Of a stretch of DNA of 64,000 nt, positions 9,206 through 18,318 are shown in pieces. The position numbers and the translations under genes are program-made. The stretch covers positions 3,136,001 to 3,200,000 of the forward strand of contig OZ220696.1 in assembly GCA_965116495.1 (NCBI GenBank). Reading direction: 5' to 3'. The first letter of the stretch is position 1. Each line of letters starts with the position of its first letter. This DNA is from Gammaproteobacteria bacterium (GTDB lineage Bacteria > Pseudomonadota > Gammaproteobacteria > Eutrophobiales > Eutrophobiaceae). Below the pieces are notes generated by a model. It was not told where the DNA came from. It saw only the letters and a list, made by a program, of their open reading frames with translations, and ran no database searches.

Positions 9206-9957
9206 TAATCATCCTGTCTGATCTTCAGCCCCTGATCAACGACGGCCAGACCTTCCAGCGCCAGGCCATAGCCCAGCAGTTCATGCACCGTGGTTTTAAT
9301 CTGGTGTACCAGCAGGTTGCGCGTATAGCGCAGCGTCAGGGGATTTTTGGTCAATAGCTCGGCCGCCAGTTCACGGGATCTCGGTAACAGCTTATCACGG
9401 GGCAGGATTTCGTTAACCAGTCCCAGGTCCTTGCACTCCTGTGCGCTCAGGGTCTGTCCCGTCATCAGGAAATAACGGGCGCGGTTCATGCCCAGTAACG
9501 CGGGAAAGACGATGTGCATCCCGTCTCCGGGTACGGCATTGACCAGGAAATGCCCGGCGTCCTGAACACTGCTATCTTCAACGGCCAGTACGATATCGGC
9601 AAACAAGGGGATTTCCGGGTGTCTCAGGGCAGGACCGTTGATACAGGCTATCACCGGCGCTTGGATATTCAGCAGGTTCATCACCAGTTGTTCACCATGC
9701 CAGCGGATCCCCTCCCATTGCTCCGGCTCGAGCACAGGGAATTTAAAATCTTTCGCCGGAGGGCCGGAAAATGTATCGCCCGTTCCACTCATGATCACGA
9801 CACGAATATCAGGATTACGGGAGATCTCGCCAAACAACTCCGCCAGTTCGTCATGTACTGCGCCGCTCCAGAACAGCGGGCCACCATCAGTATGAAAGGC
9901 GATTTCAAGCAAACCGTTTTCGAAATTTATTTTTGCGTGGTTATAATCGGCTTTCAT
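9205..9957 (-). CDS. Crotonase-superfamily beta-diketone hydrolase (6-oxocamphor hydrolase-like)
   Basis: HTDGGPLFW..HDEL, NGPALRHPEIP, QDAGHF..VPGDGMH and LGMNRARYFLMTGQ match the His/Asp catalytic pattern I recall for Rhodococcus CamK. Confidence 0.82.
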   Translation of the reverse strand: MKADYNHAKINFENGLLEIAFHTDGGPLFWSGAVHDELAELFGEISRNPDIRVVIMSGTGDTFSGPPAKDFKFPVLEPEQWEGIRWHGEQLVMNLLNIQAPVIACINGPALRHPEIPLFADIVLAVEDSSVQDAGHFLVNAVPGDGMHIVFPALLGMNRARYFLMTGQTLSAQECKDLGLVNEILPRDKLLPRSRELAAELLTKNPLTLRYTRNLLVHQIKTTVHELLGYGLALEGLAVVDQGLKIRQDD

Positions 9958-10018
9958 TTTGTTCTCCTCATCGTGCAGGTTGCTATTGTAACCTGATAAA
10001 AAGGTACTGGCGGGGAAA

Positions 10019-10116
10019 TGGGGTCAGATCGCACAATGCACATAATTGATCTCTTTCCCGCGTAAGCGAGAATCCACAAATGATGGCAGACGTGTGCATT
10101 GTGCGACCTGACCCCA
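10019..10116. repeat. REP/REPIN-like inverted doublet, family A variant
   Basis: 24-bp arms TGGGGTCAGATCGCACAATGCACA (10019-10042) and TGTGCATTGTGCGACCTGACCCCA (10093-10116), one mismatch. Confidence 0.88.
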
Positions 10117-10166
10117 CTTTACCGGGCGCTGTGTTACCCTGACAATGAGCATATTGGAGATAAACG

Positions 10167-11447
10167 GTGTCGGAATTACTGAATTCGCTGGATATATCAT
10201 TGCCGGCTGGTGAGTTGGGCACGTTGCTGTCCTACCCGCCGGAACTGCGCTTTCTTGCTGCAAGAGGCAGGGGCAGCAAGCTGTACGATGAGGACGGTAA
10301 CGAATATCTGGACCTGTTGATGGGCTCAGGGCCGTTGATCCTGGGGCATTGCCACCCCACGGTCATGGCGGCAGCCAAAGCACAACTGGAGCAGTGCTCC
10401 ACCTGTTACCAGCCTACTGCCTCTATTGCGGAACTTGCTGCATTGATTGTTGACGCTTCGCCCTGTGCCGAAAAACTGCGTTTTGTCACCACCGGGGCCG
10501 AAGCTACTTACTATGCTCTGCGCCTGGCCCGGGCTTTTACCGGCCGGGAAAAGGTCGTCAAGTGCGCGGGCGCCTACCACGGTTGCCACGACTATTCCCT
10601 GGTGGGTTTCATGGCCGGGGATTATGACCCGCTTGCCGCGCCGGTCAATAGCGCCGGTATCCCGGAGGGTTCAAGCCGGACCGTGATGCTCAGCGACTTC
10701 AACGACCTGGACATGGCGGCAGACCTTATGCAGCAACATGGCGACAGCGTAGCAGCCATTATCCTGGAACCCATACTGGGGGTGGTGCCGCCCAGGGACG
10801 GGTTCCTCCAGGGTTTACGGGATCTCGCTGATAAATACGGCTGTCTGCTTATCTTTGATGAAATGATCACCGGTTTCCGGCTGGCCTGGGGTGGCGCCCA
10901 GGAAACTTTCGACGTGGTACCCGACCTCGCCTGCTACGGTAAGATTATCGGCGGCGGATATCCCACTGCCGCAGTGTGCGGACGCGCAGACGTGCTCAAC
11001 CTGTCTGTCTTTGCCAACCGGGCAAATCCGGACTACGTCCTGTTCAGCGGCACGTTCTACGCCAACCCCATGGCTGCTGCGGCCGGCGCTGCCACTTTGC
11101 GGGAACTGGCAAAACCCGGCATGTTTCACCGGTTGAACCAGGTGGGAGAGTCGATCAGATCAGGCCTTAAGGATGTGGTTGACAACATCGGAATTCCAGC
11201 TCAGGTGGTCGGTACGGGACCTGTATATAATGTTTTTTTCACCGATCAACCCATTGTCAATCACCGGCAGATCATGGGCAGCCGCATGGATTTGGGTCGC
11301 GACCTGTTATTGCGCCTGGCGCGCGAGCGGGTATTGATTTCCTCATCCAAGGGCTGGTTGTCAGCGGCCCACGATGAAGCTGATGTAGAACGCGCGGTAG
11401 GCGCTTACCACAAGTGTCTGTCCGACATGGCCGATGCAATAATCTAA
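10167..11447 (+). CDS. Class III PLP aminotransferase (glutamate-1-semialdehyde aminomutase-like)
   Basis: GPLILGH, TGAEAT, GAYHG, LIFDEMITGFR, PLP lysine in YGKIIGGG, SGTFYANP. Confidence 0.9.
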   Translation: MSELLNSLDISLPAGELGTLLSYPPELRFLAARGRGSKLYDEDGNEYLDLLMGSGPLILGHCHPTVMAAAKAQLEQCSTCYQPTASIAELAALIVDASPCAEKLRFVTTGAEATYYALRLARAFTGREKVVKCAGAYHGCHDYSLVGFMAGDYDPLAAPVNSAGIPEGSSRTVMLSDFNDLDMAADLMQQHGDSVAAIILEPILGVVPPRDGFLQGLRDLADKYGCLLIFDEMITGFRLAWGGAQETFDVVPDLACYGKIIGGGYPTAAVCGRADVLNLSVFANRANPDYVLFSGTFYANPMAAAAGAATLRELAKPGMFHRLNQVGESIRSGLKDVVDNIGIPAQVVGTGPVYNVFFTDQPIVNHRQIMGSRMDLGRDLLLRLARERVLISSSKGWLSAAHDEADVERAVGAYHKCLSDMADAII

Positions 11448-11454
11448 TTAGCAA

Positions 11455-11482
11455 CTGGATTCCTGCTTCCGCAGGAATGACG
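11455..11482 (-). repeat. Short palindromic repeat, family C
   Basis: Reverse complement reads CGTCATTCCTGCGGAAGCAGGAATCCAG; 25/28 identical to 17540-17567. Confidence 0.8.
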
Positions 11483-11500
11483 GGGAACTGACAACTGAAT

Positions 11501-13264
11501 ATGCCGACCGAAGTCGATCCCATTACCCTGTCCGTGGTGCAGGGCGCGCTGCAGGCGACCCAGCGCGCCATGACCACCACCATGGAAAAGACCGGACGTT
11601 CCAGCGTTTATGCCATTGCGCGAGATTATTCCAACGCCTTGTTCGACTGGGATGCCAGAATGATTATCCAGGGTGAAGATATTCCGACTCATCTGGGTTC
11701 CATGGTGCTGGCTACCAAGGCGGTAGCCCGGTTTTTCGGAGGAGAAATCAACCCCGGGGATATCTACCTGCACAACGACCCCACTTACGACGGCAGCCAC
11801 CTGCCCGACATGTGTATGTACAAACCCTTGTTCTTCGAGGACGAACTGGTCTTCTGGGTGGTGAGCAAAGGGCACATGGTGGACGTGGGCGGGCCGGTAC
11901 CCGGCAGTTATAACCCGGATGCAAAAGAGATCTTTGCGGAAGGACTGCGAATCCCGCCGATACGGCTGGTCGACCGGGGGGAAATGCGCCATGACGTGCT
12001 GAATATGATCCTGACCAACTTCCGCTCGCGCAAGTACCAGAGCGGTGACATGAATGCGCAGCTTGGGGCCATTACGCTGGGCGAACAACGACTGACGGCC
12101 TTGCTGGAGCGGTACGGCAAGGCAGTGATCAAGGGTTGTGTGGAACAATTGCTGGATGCGGCGGAAGCGCACATGCGCGACAGGCTCCGGTCCTTGCCTG
12201 ACGGCGTATACGAATCGGGCGTCCTGGCGGAGGACACGGGTCACGGCCGCGGTCACCAGGCCCTGGAAGCGGAGATCACTGTAGTGGGAGACGAGTTGAA
12301 AATTGTTCTTGCATCACCGCCTCAACTGGATTTTTTCACAAATTCGTACCGTTCCAATACCTTGTCCGGTGTCTATGCCGGGTTGTTGATGTGGGCGCAG
12401 GTGCAGCCACCCTTCAACGAAGGCCTGTATCGCCCTGTCAAGGTGGATTTTGGTCCCAAAGGCACCATGCTCAATGCCGAAGAACCGGCTCCCCACGTCA
12501 ATTGTACCGGCGGCCCCCAGGAAACCATCTGTGACCTGATTCGTACCGGCCTGAACAAGATTGACCCGACACATGCCGTCGCCGGCTGGAACCATACCTG
12601 GGCCTTCAACATTGCCGGGACGCGGCCGGACAATGGAGAACCCTACCTCGACTTGTTGATTTCATCGCTGATTGGCGGCGCCGGCGCCGTCAACAACCTG
12701 GCCGACGGTTGGCACGCCATCGGCGCCCAGGCCGGTCTCGGCGGCGCCCAGATTGGAGATACCGAACTGGTGGAACTGCTGGCTCCGATAGTCGTAACCA
12801 GGCTGGAACTGGCCACGGATTCCGGGATGCCCGGACGCTGGCGCGGGGGCTGTGGTCTGGTGACGGAAATAGAACCCGTTGAGCACGAGATGACGGTCAT
12901 AGCCTGGGGAGAAGGCGCCCACCAGCCGCCGCCCTGCGTCGGAGAGTCCCGCTATCACCCGGAGCTGTTCGCAGCCAAGGTCGCACGGGGATGGCACCTG
13001 CGCGGCGCTGATACCCTGCATGAGGTGGATCACAACCAGGTGCTGACGATAAACCCGGGAGAACGCTATCGCAGCCAGACTTCCGGCGGCGGTGGCGCCG
13101 GAGATCCGTTTTCCCGTCCGCCCGAAGCAGTACAGGATGACGTGTTGAATAACAAGGTGTCACTAAAAGGGGCAGAACTGGAATACGGGGTAAAATTGCA
13201 TCCTGAGACTCTGGAAATTGATAGTGCCGGTACTGCCTCATTAAGAAAGGAAAAAGATCAATGA
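11501..13264 (+). CDS. Hydantoinase B/5-oxoprolinase family subunit (caprolactamase beta-like)
   Basis: DPITLSVV, DYSNALFD, HNDPTYDGSHLPD, GHMVDVGG, EGLRIPP, GRWRGG, SGGGGAGDP. Confidence 0.92.
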   Translation: MPTEVDPITLSVVQGALQATQRAMTTTMEKTGRSSVYAIARDYSNALFDWDARMIIQGEDIPTHLGSMVLATKAVARFFGGEINPGDIYLHNDPTYDGSHLPDMCMYKPLFFEDELVFWVVSKGHMVDVGGPVPGSYNPDAKEIFAEGLRIPPIRLVDRGEMRHDVLNMILTNFRSRKYQSGDMNAQLGAITLGEQRLTALLERYGKAVIKGCVEQLLDAAEAHMRDRLRSLPDGVYESGVLAEDTGHGRGHQALEAEITVVGDELKIVLASPPQLDFFTNSYRSNTLSGVYAGLLMWAQVQPPFNEGLYRPVKVDFGPKGTMLNAEEPAPHVNCTGGPQETICDLIRTGLNKIDPTHAVAGWNHTWAFNIAGTRPDNGEPYLDLLISSLIGGAGAVNNLADGWHAIGAQAGLGGAQIGDTELVELLAPIVVTRLELATDSGMPGRWRGGCGLVTEIEPVEHEMTVIAWGEGAHQPPPCVGESRYHPELFAAKVARGWHLRGADTLHEVDHNQVLTINPGERYRSQTSGGGGAGDPFSRPPEAVQDDVLNNKVSLKGAELEYGVKLHPETLEIDSAGTASLRKEKDQ

Positions 13265-15411
13265 ACTACCGTATCGGCATTGACGCCGGCGGCACGTTCA
13301 CTGATTTTGTCGCGTTGGCGGAGGACCACTCGTTACTGGTTTATAAAACACCCTCGGACCCGTCAAACCCGGTCTCCGTTTTACTTGACGGGTTAACAGG
13401 GTTGGCCCATAAAGCCGGCCTGGAGTTACCTGACTTTATCAGCCGGTGTGCGGTACTGGTGCATGGCAGCACCGTTGCCTTGAATACGCTTATCCAACGG
13501 AACGGCGCCAGGACCGGTCTGCTGGTGACCGCCGGCCACGAGGATTCCCTGGAACTCAGACTGGGGCACAAGGAGGACGGTCACCGCTGGGATTTTCAAT
13601 ACCCCCCCGCAGAGATGATCGTGCCGGCGCAGCGCCGCCTCGGTGTCAGGGAACGCATCATTGCCGGCGGCAAGGTACGCGTCCCGCTGGATGAAGCGCA
13701 ACTGGACGAACAACTGGACAGGCTGGCGCAGGAACAAGTTGAAGCTGTCGCTATTTCCTGTTTGTGGTCAATTGCCAATGACAGGCATGAAAGGAAAATA
13801 CTGGAAAAAGTGAAACAGCGCCTGCCGGATTGTTTTGTGACCGCGTCGGTGGATATCCTGCCGAGAGTTGGTGAATACGCCCGCACCAGCACCACGGCCG
13901 CCAACGCCTATGTGGGGCCGGTCCTGGATCGCTATCTCTCCAGCATCGAAACTGCGCTGGTCGAGCAGGGTTTTACCGGCAGGCTGTATATCATGCAGTC
14001 CAACGGCGGGGTTGCCGCGCCCGAGGTGGTGCGGCGGCGACCGGCCGCCGTACTCAATTCGGGCCCGGCCGGAGGCCCGGTCGCGGCGCTCTGGTACGGC
14101 CGTCAACTGGGTTATGAGAACGTCATCTCCATCGATATGGGCGGCACCAGTTTCGACGTGAGCCTGGTCCGGAACGGTCTGCCGGACATCGTTGACCAGG
14201 CCGATATCGCCCGTATCAGGATTGGACTACCCATGGTCAACGTGACCAGTATCGGCGCCGGAGGCGGCAGCATAGCCCGTCTGGATGAGCGCGGGATACT
14301 GCAGGTCGGCCCGGACAGCGCCGAGGCCAATCCCGGTCCGGCCTGTTACATGCGGGGCGGCACAAAACCGACGGTGACCGATGCACTGGTAACAGCCGGT
14401 TATTTCCCGGATACGGGTCTGCTGGGCGGCAGGATGATGATCGACAGGACTCTTGCCGAACAGGTCATACAGGACAATATCGCCGCGCCTGCAGGCATTG
14501 ACCTGCACAAGGCGGCCCAGGGCATCATTGAGGTTACAGCCGGCAACATGGTAGATGGAATACGCATCGCCTCCATCGAGCGCGGCTACGACCCCAGGGA
14601 TTACCTGCTGGTAGCGGGTGGCGGCGCCGGTCCCGCTTTTGCCGCTGAGCTGGCGCGTGAACTGGGCATGGAGAAAGTGTTGATCCCCACTATCGCCGGC
14701 GCTTTTTGCGCAATGGGCGAGGCCAACGCCAACCTGCGCTATGACGCCATTCGCGCCTGCCCTGTGCGCCTGTGCGATTTATCCCCTGCTGTAGCCAATA
14801 AGCTGTTTGACCTCATGGAGGAGGAAGGAAGAACGGCCCTGGGGGTCGGCGCCGGTGATCGTGTGCGCGCTGAGCGGACTGCTGAAATGAAGTACGTGGA
14901 CCAGATTCATTATTGTGACGTACAGGCGCCTGCCGGCGTCATGGATGTGCCCAAACTGGCGCAGCTTCGGAATAATTTCCACCGGCGCCACGAGCAACTC
15001 TATACTTATTCTGAGACTGATAATGAACCGGAAATCGTTTCTTTAAGGGCCAGCATTATCATCGATACCCCCGCGCCAACCGGCGCCGGCCCTGAACAGG
15101 CAGCGGCGCTGAACACTATACAGGCACAGGGCACGCGGGAGGTGATTATGCCCGACACGAAAGAGTTCCAGGCAACGCCCATCTACCGGGGTATCGGAAA
15201 CGAAACAGGCCGTAGCGAGACAGGGGACAGACCCCCGCTTACAACATGCGGGGCCATGCCTAAACCTGTCTTTTCCTCCGGCTCTTCCTTTTCTCTTCAG
15301 GGGCCTGCCATTATTGAAGAGGAAACCACCACCATCTTCATCCCGGCGGGTGATACCATCCGATATGACCCGGCCGGGTTTTACCTGCTGGAAGTGTACC
15401 CAAGGCGTTAG
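13261..15411 (+). CDS. Hydantoinase A/5-oxoprolinase family subunit (caprolactamase alpha-like)
   Basis: IGIDAGGTFTD, HGSTVALN, SGPAGG, DMGGTSFDVS, IGAGGGSIA, PGPACY, GPAIIEE; ATGA overlap with the B subunit. Confidence 0.93.
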   Translation: MNYRIGIDAGGTFTDFVALAEDHSLLVYKTPSDPSNPVSVLLDGLTGLAHKAGLELPDFISRCAVLVHGSTVALNTLIQRNGARTGLLVTAGHEDSLELRLGHKEDGHRWDFQYPPAEMIVPAQRRLGVRERIIAGGKVRVPLDEAQLDEQLDRLAQEQVEAVAISCLWSIANDRHERKILEKVKQRLPDCFVTASVDILPRVGEYARTSTTAANAYVGPVLDRYLSSIETALVEQGFTGRLYIMQSNGGVAAPEVVRRRPAAVLNSGPAGGPVAALWYGRQLGYENVISIDMGGTSFDVSLVRNGLPDIVDQADIARIRIGLPMVNVTSIGAGGGSIARLDERGILQVGPDSAEANPGPACYMRGGTKPTVTDALVTAGYFPDTGLLGGRMMIDRTLAEQVIQDNIAAPAGIDLHKAAQGIIEVTAGNMVDGIRIASIERGYDPRDYLLVAGGGAGPAFAAELARELGMEKVLIPTIAGAFCAMGEANANLRYDAIRACPVRLCDLSPAVANKLFDLMEEEGRTALGVGAGDRVRAERTAEMKYVDQIHYCDVQAPAGVMDVPKLAQLRNNFHRRHEQLYTYSETDNEPEIVSLRASIIIDTPAPTGAGPEQAAALNTIQAQGTREVIMPDTKEFQATPIYRGIGNETGRSETGDRPPLTTCGAMPKPVFSSGSSFSLQGPAIIEEETTTIFIPAGDTIRYDPAGFYLLEVYPRR
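15219..15270. repeat. Family B palindromic repeat inside the hydantoinase A coding sequence
   Basis: About 46/53 identical, by hand alignment, to the reverse complement of intergenic 43501-43553. Confidence 0.8.
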
Positions 15412-15469
15412 AACAACCCTTATTGCGAAATTATTGCATCGCCCGGCGTGCATGGCTAGAATTAGTCCC

Positions 15470-16699
15470 ATGAAAATTTCCATGTTCCACCTTATGCCGT
15501 ATCGGGAACTGCCGGAGGGGTTCGAGAAAATATATCCTTCCTCCTGGTTCACCCTGCCGTTTCCCAAGGTGGCCGATGCCAACAAGGCCGCCCAATACTA
15601 CAACTGGACGCTGGATGAGCTTCAATATGCCGCGGAGTCCGGGTTTGACGGTGTCTGCACCAACGAGCACCACCAGAACGCCTATGGTTTCATGGTCAAC
15701 CCCAATATGATGGGATCGGTGCTGGCGCGGGCGACCCGGGGCACCCGAACCGCCATCATCCAGATGGGTGAGACGGCCGTGTTCCTCAATCCGCCCATCC
15801 GCGTCGCCGAAGAGTACGCCATGCTGGATTGTATCAGCGAGGGACGCATGGTCGCCGGGTTTCCCGTGGGCCTGGGCGGCGATTTCGCCCACAGTTACGG
15901 CTTTGCGCCCATGGAGCAACGCGGGCGTTACCGGGAGGCCCATGAGTTGATCACAAAGGCCTGGCAGGCCGAGGATGTGTTCGCGTGGAACGGCAAATAT
16001 TACCAGTTGCCAATGGTCAGTACCTGGCCCCGGCCGGTGCAGAAACCCCATCCGCCCATCTGGGTGCCCGGGAACGCCAGTCCCAGCACCTGGGACTTTG
16101 TCCTGCAGAATGATTATTGCTATTGCTACCTGACCTATTTCGGCGCCAAGGGAGCCGACAAAACCGTCGGAGGTTACTGGAAGCGGGCCGCGGAACTGGG
16201 CCGGGACAATAATCCTTACCGGCTGGGTTACCTGATCCCCGTAGGTGTTGCCGAGAGTGACGCGGCTGCGGATGACATCTACGCGAGTCACATCGAATAT
16301 TTCTACCACAAGCTGCTGCATATCCCGGAGGCCCTGTTCATGCCACCGGGCCACATGACCCACAGCAGCCTGAGTTACCTGATTACCAAGCGGCCGTTGC
16401 CGCCTTTTGATACCCTGAAGAAGAACAGCTACAAGGATTTCAAGGCGAACGAGTACCTGGTCACCGGCAGCGCCGACACAGTGACTGAGCAATTGCTGGG
16501 CATCGTCAAGCGCCTGCGGGTCGGGAACCTGATGTTGCTGCCCCATTTTGGTTCCATGCCCCACGAACAGACCATGGAAAATATCGACCGGATTGCCAAA
16601 GACGTGCTGCCCCACCTGCGCGGCGTCTGGGATGACGAGGGCTGGGAAAATCACTGGTGGCCGGAAAATTGTAAACAACCTGCCCGGGAGGCGGCCTGA
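15470..16699 (+). CDS. Luciferase-like (LLM class) flavin-dependent monooxygenase
   Basis: GFDGVCTNEHHQ, PIRVAEEYAMLDCISEGR, WPRPVQKPHPPIW, GSADTV; start taken as ATG 15470 (MKISMFHLMPY). Confidence 0.9.
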   Translation: MKISMFHLMPYRELPEGFEKIYPSSWFTLPFPKVADANKAAQYYNWTLDELQYAAESGFDGVCTNEHHQNAYGFMVNPNMMGSVLARATRGTRTAIIQMGETAVFLNPPIRVAEEYAMLDCISEGRMVAGFPVGLGGDFAHSYGFAPMEQRGRYREAHELITKAWQAEDVFAWNGKYYQLPMVSTWPRPVQKPHPPIWVPGNASPSTWDFVLQNDYCYCYLTYFGAKGADKTVGGYWKRAAELGRDNNPYRLGYLIPVGVAESDAAADDIYASHIEYFYHKLLHIPEALFMPPGHMTHSSLSYLITKRPLPPFDTLKKNSYKDFKANEYLVTGSADTVTEQLLGIVKRLRVGNLMLLPHFGSMPHEQTMENIDRIAKDVLPHLRGVWDDEGWENHWWPENCKQPAREAA

Positions 16700-16711
16700 G
16701 CGGGGATCATC

Positions 16712-17512
16712 ATGGCAGAGATTCGTACTGAAACCGTAGCCGTCCTGGGCGGTCGGTTGAATATAAAGATAGACGTGGCCGGGACGGGCGAGCCGCTGGT
16801 TTTCCTGCATTCCGCCGGCGGCTTGAACTGGGACCCGTTTCTCGAAGGGCTGGCTGAGAAGTATACGGTTTATGCGCCTTACTTCCCCGGCACGTTTCCC
16901 GGTGCACCGAATGACATAGAACATGTCGAGGACCTGTGGGATGTGGTACTGGCTTACGATGACGTACTGAGCGGCCTCGGTATCGACTCGACCCTGCTCA
17001 TCGGCCATTCCTTCGGCGGTATGCTGGCCGCTGAACTGGCTGCGCACAAGCCGGAACGTATAAGCAGACTGGTGTTGATTGCGCCCATCGGACTCTGGCA
17101 CCAGGACTCGCCTTATACCGTAGCCGACTGGACTGCCAAGGACGCCGAAGGACTGGCCGCCGTGCTGTTCCACAATACAGCTTCCGACCTGGTCAAGGCA
17201 GCATTGACGCCGCCCGAGGACCAAGATGAGGCTGCGGAGGGTCTGGTGCAGTTCCTCTGGACTCTGGGCTGCACCGCCAAGGTCATCTGGCCTATCCCGG
17301 ACAAGGGATTGAAAAAACGCATCCACAGGATCAGTGCCCCCGCGCTGGTTGTCTGGGGAGAAAACGATGCATTAATCCCCCCCGCTTACGCCGAAATTTT
17401 TGCATCTTCCATCAAACAGGCCGAAGTCTGCATGATCCCCGACTGCGGCCACGTCCCGCCGCTGGAGCAACTGGACGCGCTCAACTCGGCAGTGGAACAG
17501 TTTCTCGGATAA
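16712..17512 (+). CDS. Alpha/beta-fold hydrolase
   Basis: LVFLHSAGG, nucleophile elbow GHSFGG, WGENDALIP, CGHVP. Confidence 0.9.
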   Translation: MAEIRTETVAVLGGRLNIKIDVAGTGEPLVFLHSAGGLNWDPFLEGLAEKYTVYAPYFPGTFPGAPNDIEHVEDLWDVVLAYDDVLSGLGIDSTLLIGHSFGGMLAAELAAHKPERISRLVLIAPIGLWHQDSPYTVADWTAKDAEGLAAVLFHNTASDLVKAALTPPEDQDEAAEGLVQFLWTLGCTAKVIWPIPDKGLKKRIHRISAPALVVWGENDALIPPAYAEIFASSIKQAEVCMIPDCGHVPPLEQLDALNSAVEQFLG

Positions 17513-17539
17513 ATAGGATCAGATCCTGAATACTCCCCA

Positions 17540-17567
17540 CGCCGTTCCTGCGGAGGCAGGAATCCAG
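17540..17567 (+). repeat. Short palindromic repeat, family C
   Basis: CGCCGTTCCTGCGGAGGCAGGAATCCAG downstream of the hydrolase gene. Confidence 0.78.
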
Positions 17568-17585
17568 TGGACAACTTATTCCTTA

Positions 17586-17627
17586 TTGACACTCCAGGAA
17601 TAATTATTGATATTGTGAACATTATCA
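17586..17627 (+). promoter_or_regulatory. Putative sigma70 promoter overlapped by a 20-bp palindromic operator
   Basis: TTGACA at 17586-17591, 17-bp spacer, GATATT; palindrome TGATATTGTGAACATTATCA (17608-17627, 16/20 symmetric). Confidence 0.5.
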
Positions 17628-17648
17628 CCTGAACCTGGAGAAAAGCAG

Positions 17649-18116
17649 ATGAAATTTCACAGATTGGCGGTATTGATCATCCTGTTGTGCGCATCCTCAC
17701 TGTGGGCCGAAGAAAAGCGTCACGGCCCTTCGGCTATAGAGGTAAAAGTAAGTCTCGGCACCGCCGATGAAGAAATGAAGTTTGTCCCGGACACACTTTC
17801 CTTCGAACGGGGCAAATACTACAAACTGGTGCTGCACAACCCCAGTTCGGATGACCATTATTTCACCTCGGATGCCTTCGCAACCCGCATCTTCACCCGC
17901 AAGGTTGAAGTCGCTGACGCATCCGGCAAAACCGTCACGGAGATACACGGCGCCATCAACGATCTCGAACTCAAACCCGGCGCCACCATCGAGTGGTTCT
18001 TTTACCCCATGACCAGGGGCACAAACCTGAAACTCTACTGCCACAAGGACGGCCACGAGCAACAGGGCATGGTCGGCACCATCAATATCAGCGGCCCACC
18101 ACCTTTTACCAGATAA
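17649..18116 (+). CDS. Exported cupredoxin-fold copper-binding protein
   Basis: Signal peptide, MKFVPDTLSF, upstream His (HYF) and C-terminal YCHKDGHEQQGMVG (C-x4-H-x4-M type 1 copper ligands). Confidence 0.8.
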   Translation: MKFHRLAVLIILLCASSLWAEEKRHGPSAIEVKVSLGTADEEMKFVPDTLSFERGKYYKLVLHNPSSDDHYFTSDAFATRIFTRKVEVADASGKTVTEIHGAINDLELKPGATIEWFFYPMTRGTNLKLYCHKDGHEQQGMVGTINISGPPPFTR

Positions 18117-18260
18117 TCAAAGACAGGCCCGGCGCCAATACGGCGTTGCAGTCCTTGACAAGGGCGCGCCACTTCCTGCGCAGCGCGCCTGGCGCTCAAC
18201 CGCTTCTCGACCCGCTGAATATGGCAATATCAGGTTGAAAGAGTACCAGTTGCGTACTGC

Positions 18261-18304
18261 TTGACCTTTTAAAATAATTCACTATACTGCTTAAAAAAGC
18301 AGTG
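18261..18304 (+). promoter_or_regulatory. lexA promoter with overlapping SOS box
   Basis: -35 TTGACC (18261), 16-bp spacer, -10 TATACT (18283); TACTG-CTTAAAAAAG-CAGTG (18285-18304) fits CTG-N10-CAG. Confidence 0.8.
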
Positions 18305-18318
18305 CTATTATAATCAGA

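Noticed and set aside
10167-11447. Calling this gene hemL
   Set aside because: It lacks the N-terminal PGGVNSPVRA motif and sits in a catabolic context; more likely a paralog.
15431-17326. 631-aa minus-strand ORF
   Set aside because: Antisense shadow of the LLM and hydrolase genes; no recognisable motifs; expected in GC-rich DNA.
18125-18200. GC-rich stretch between the cupredoxin gene and lexA as another repeat element
   Set aside because: Single copy in the window with no clean inverted arms; cannot be supported.
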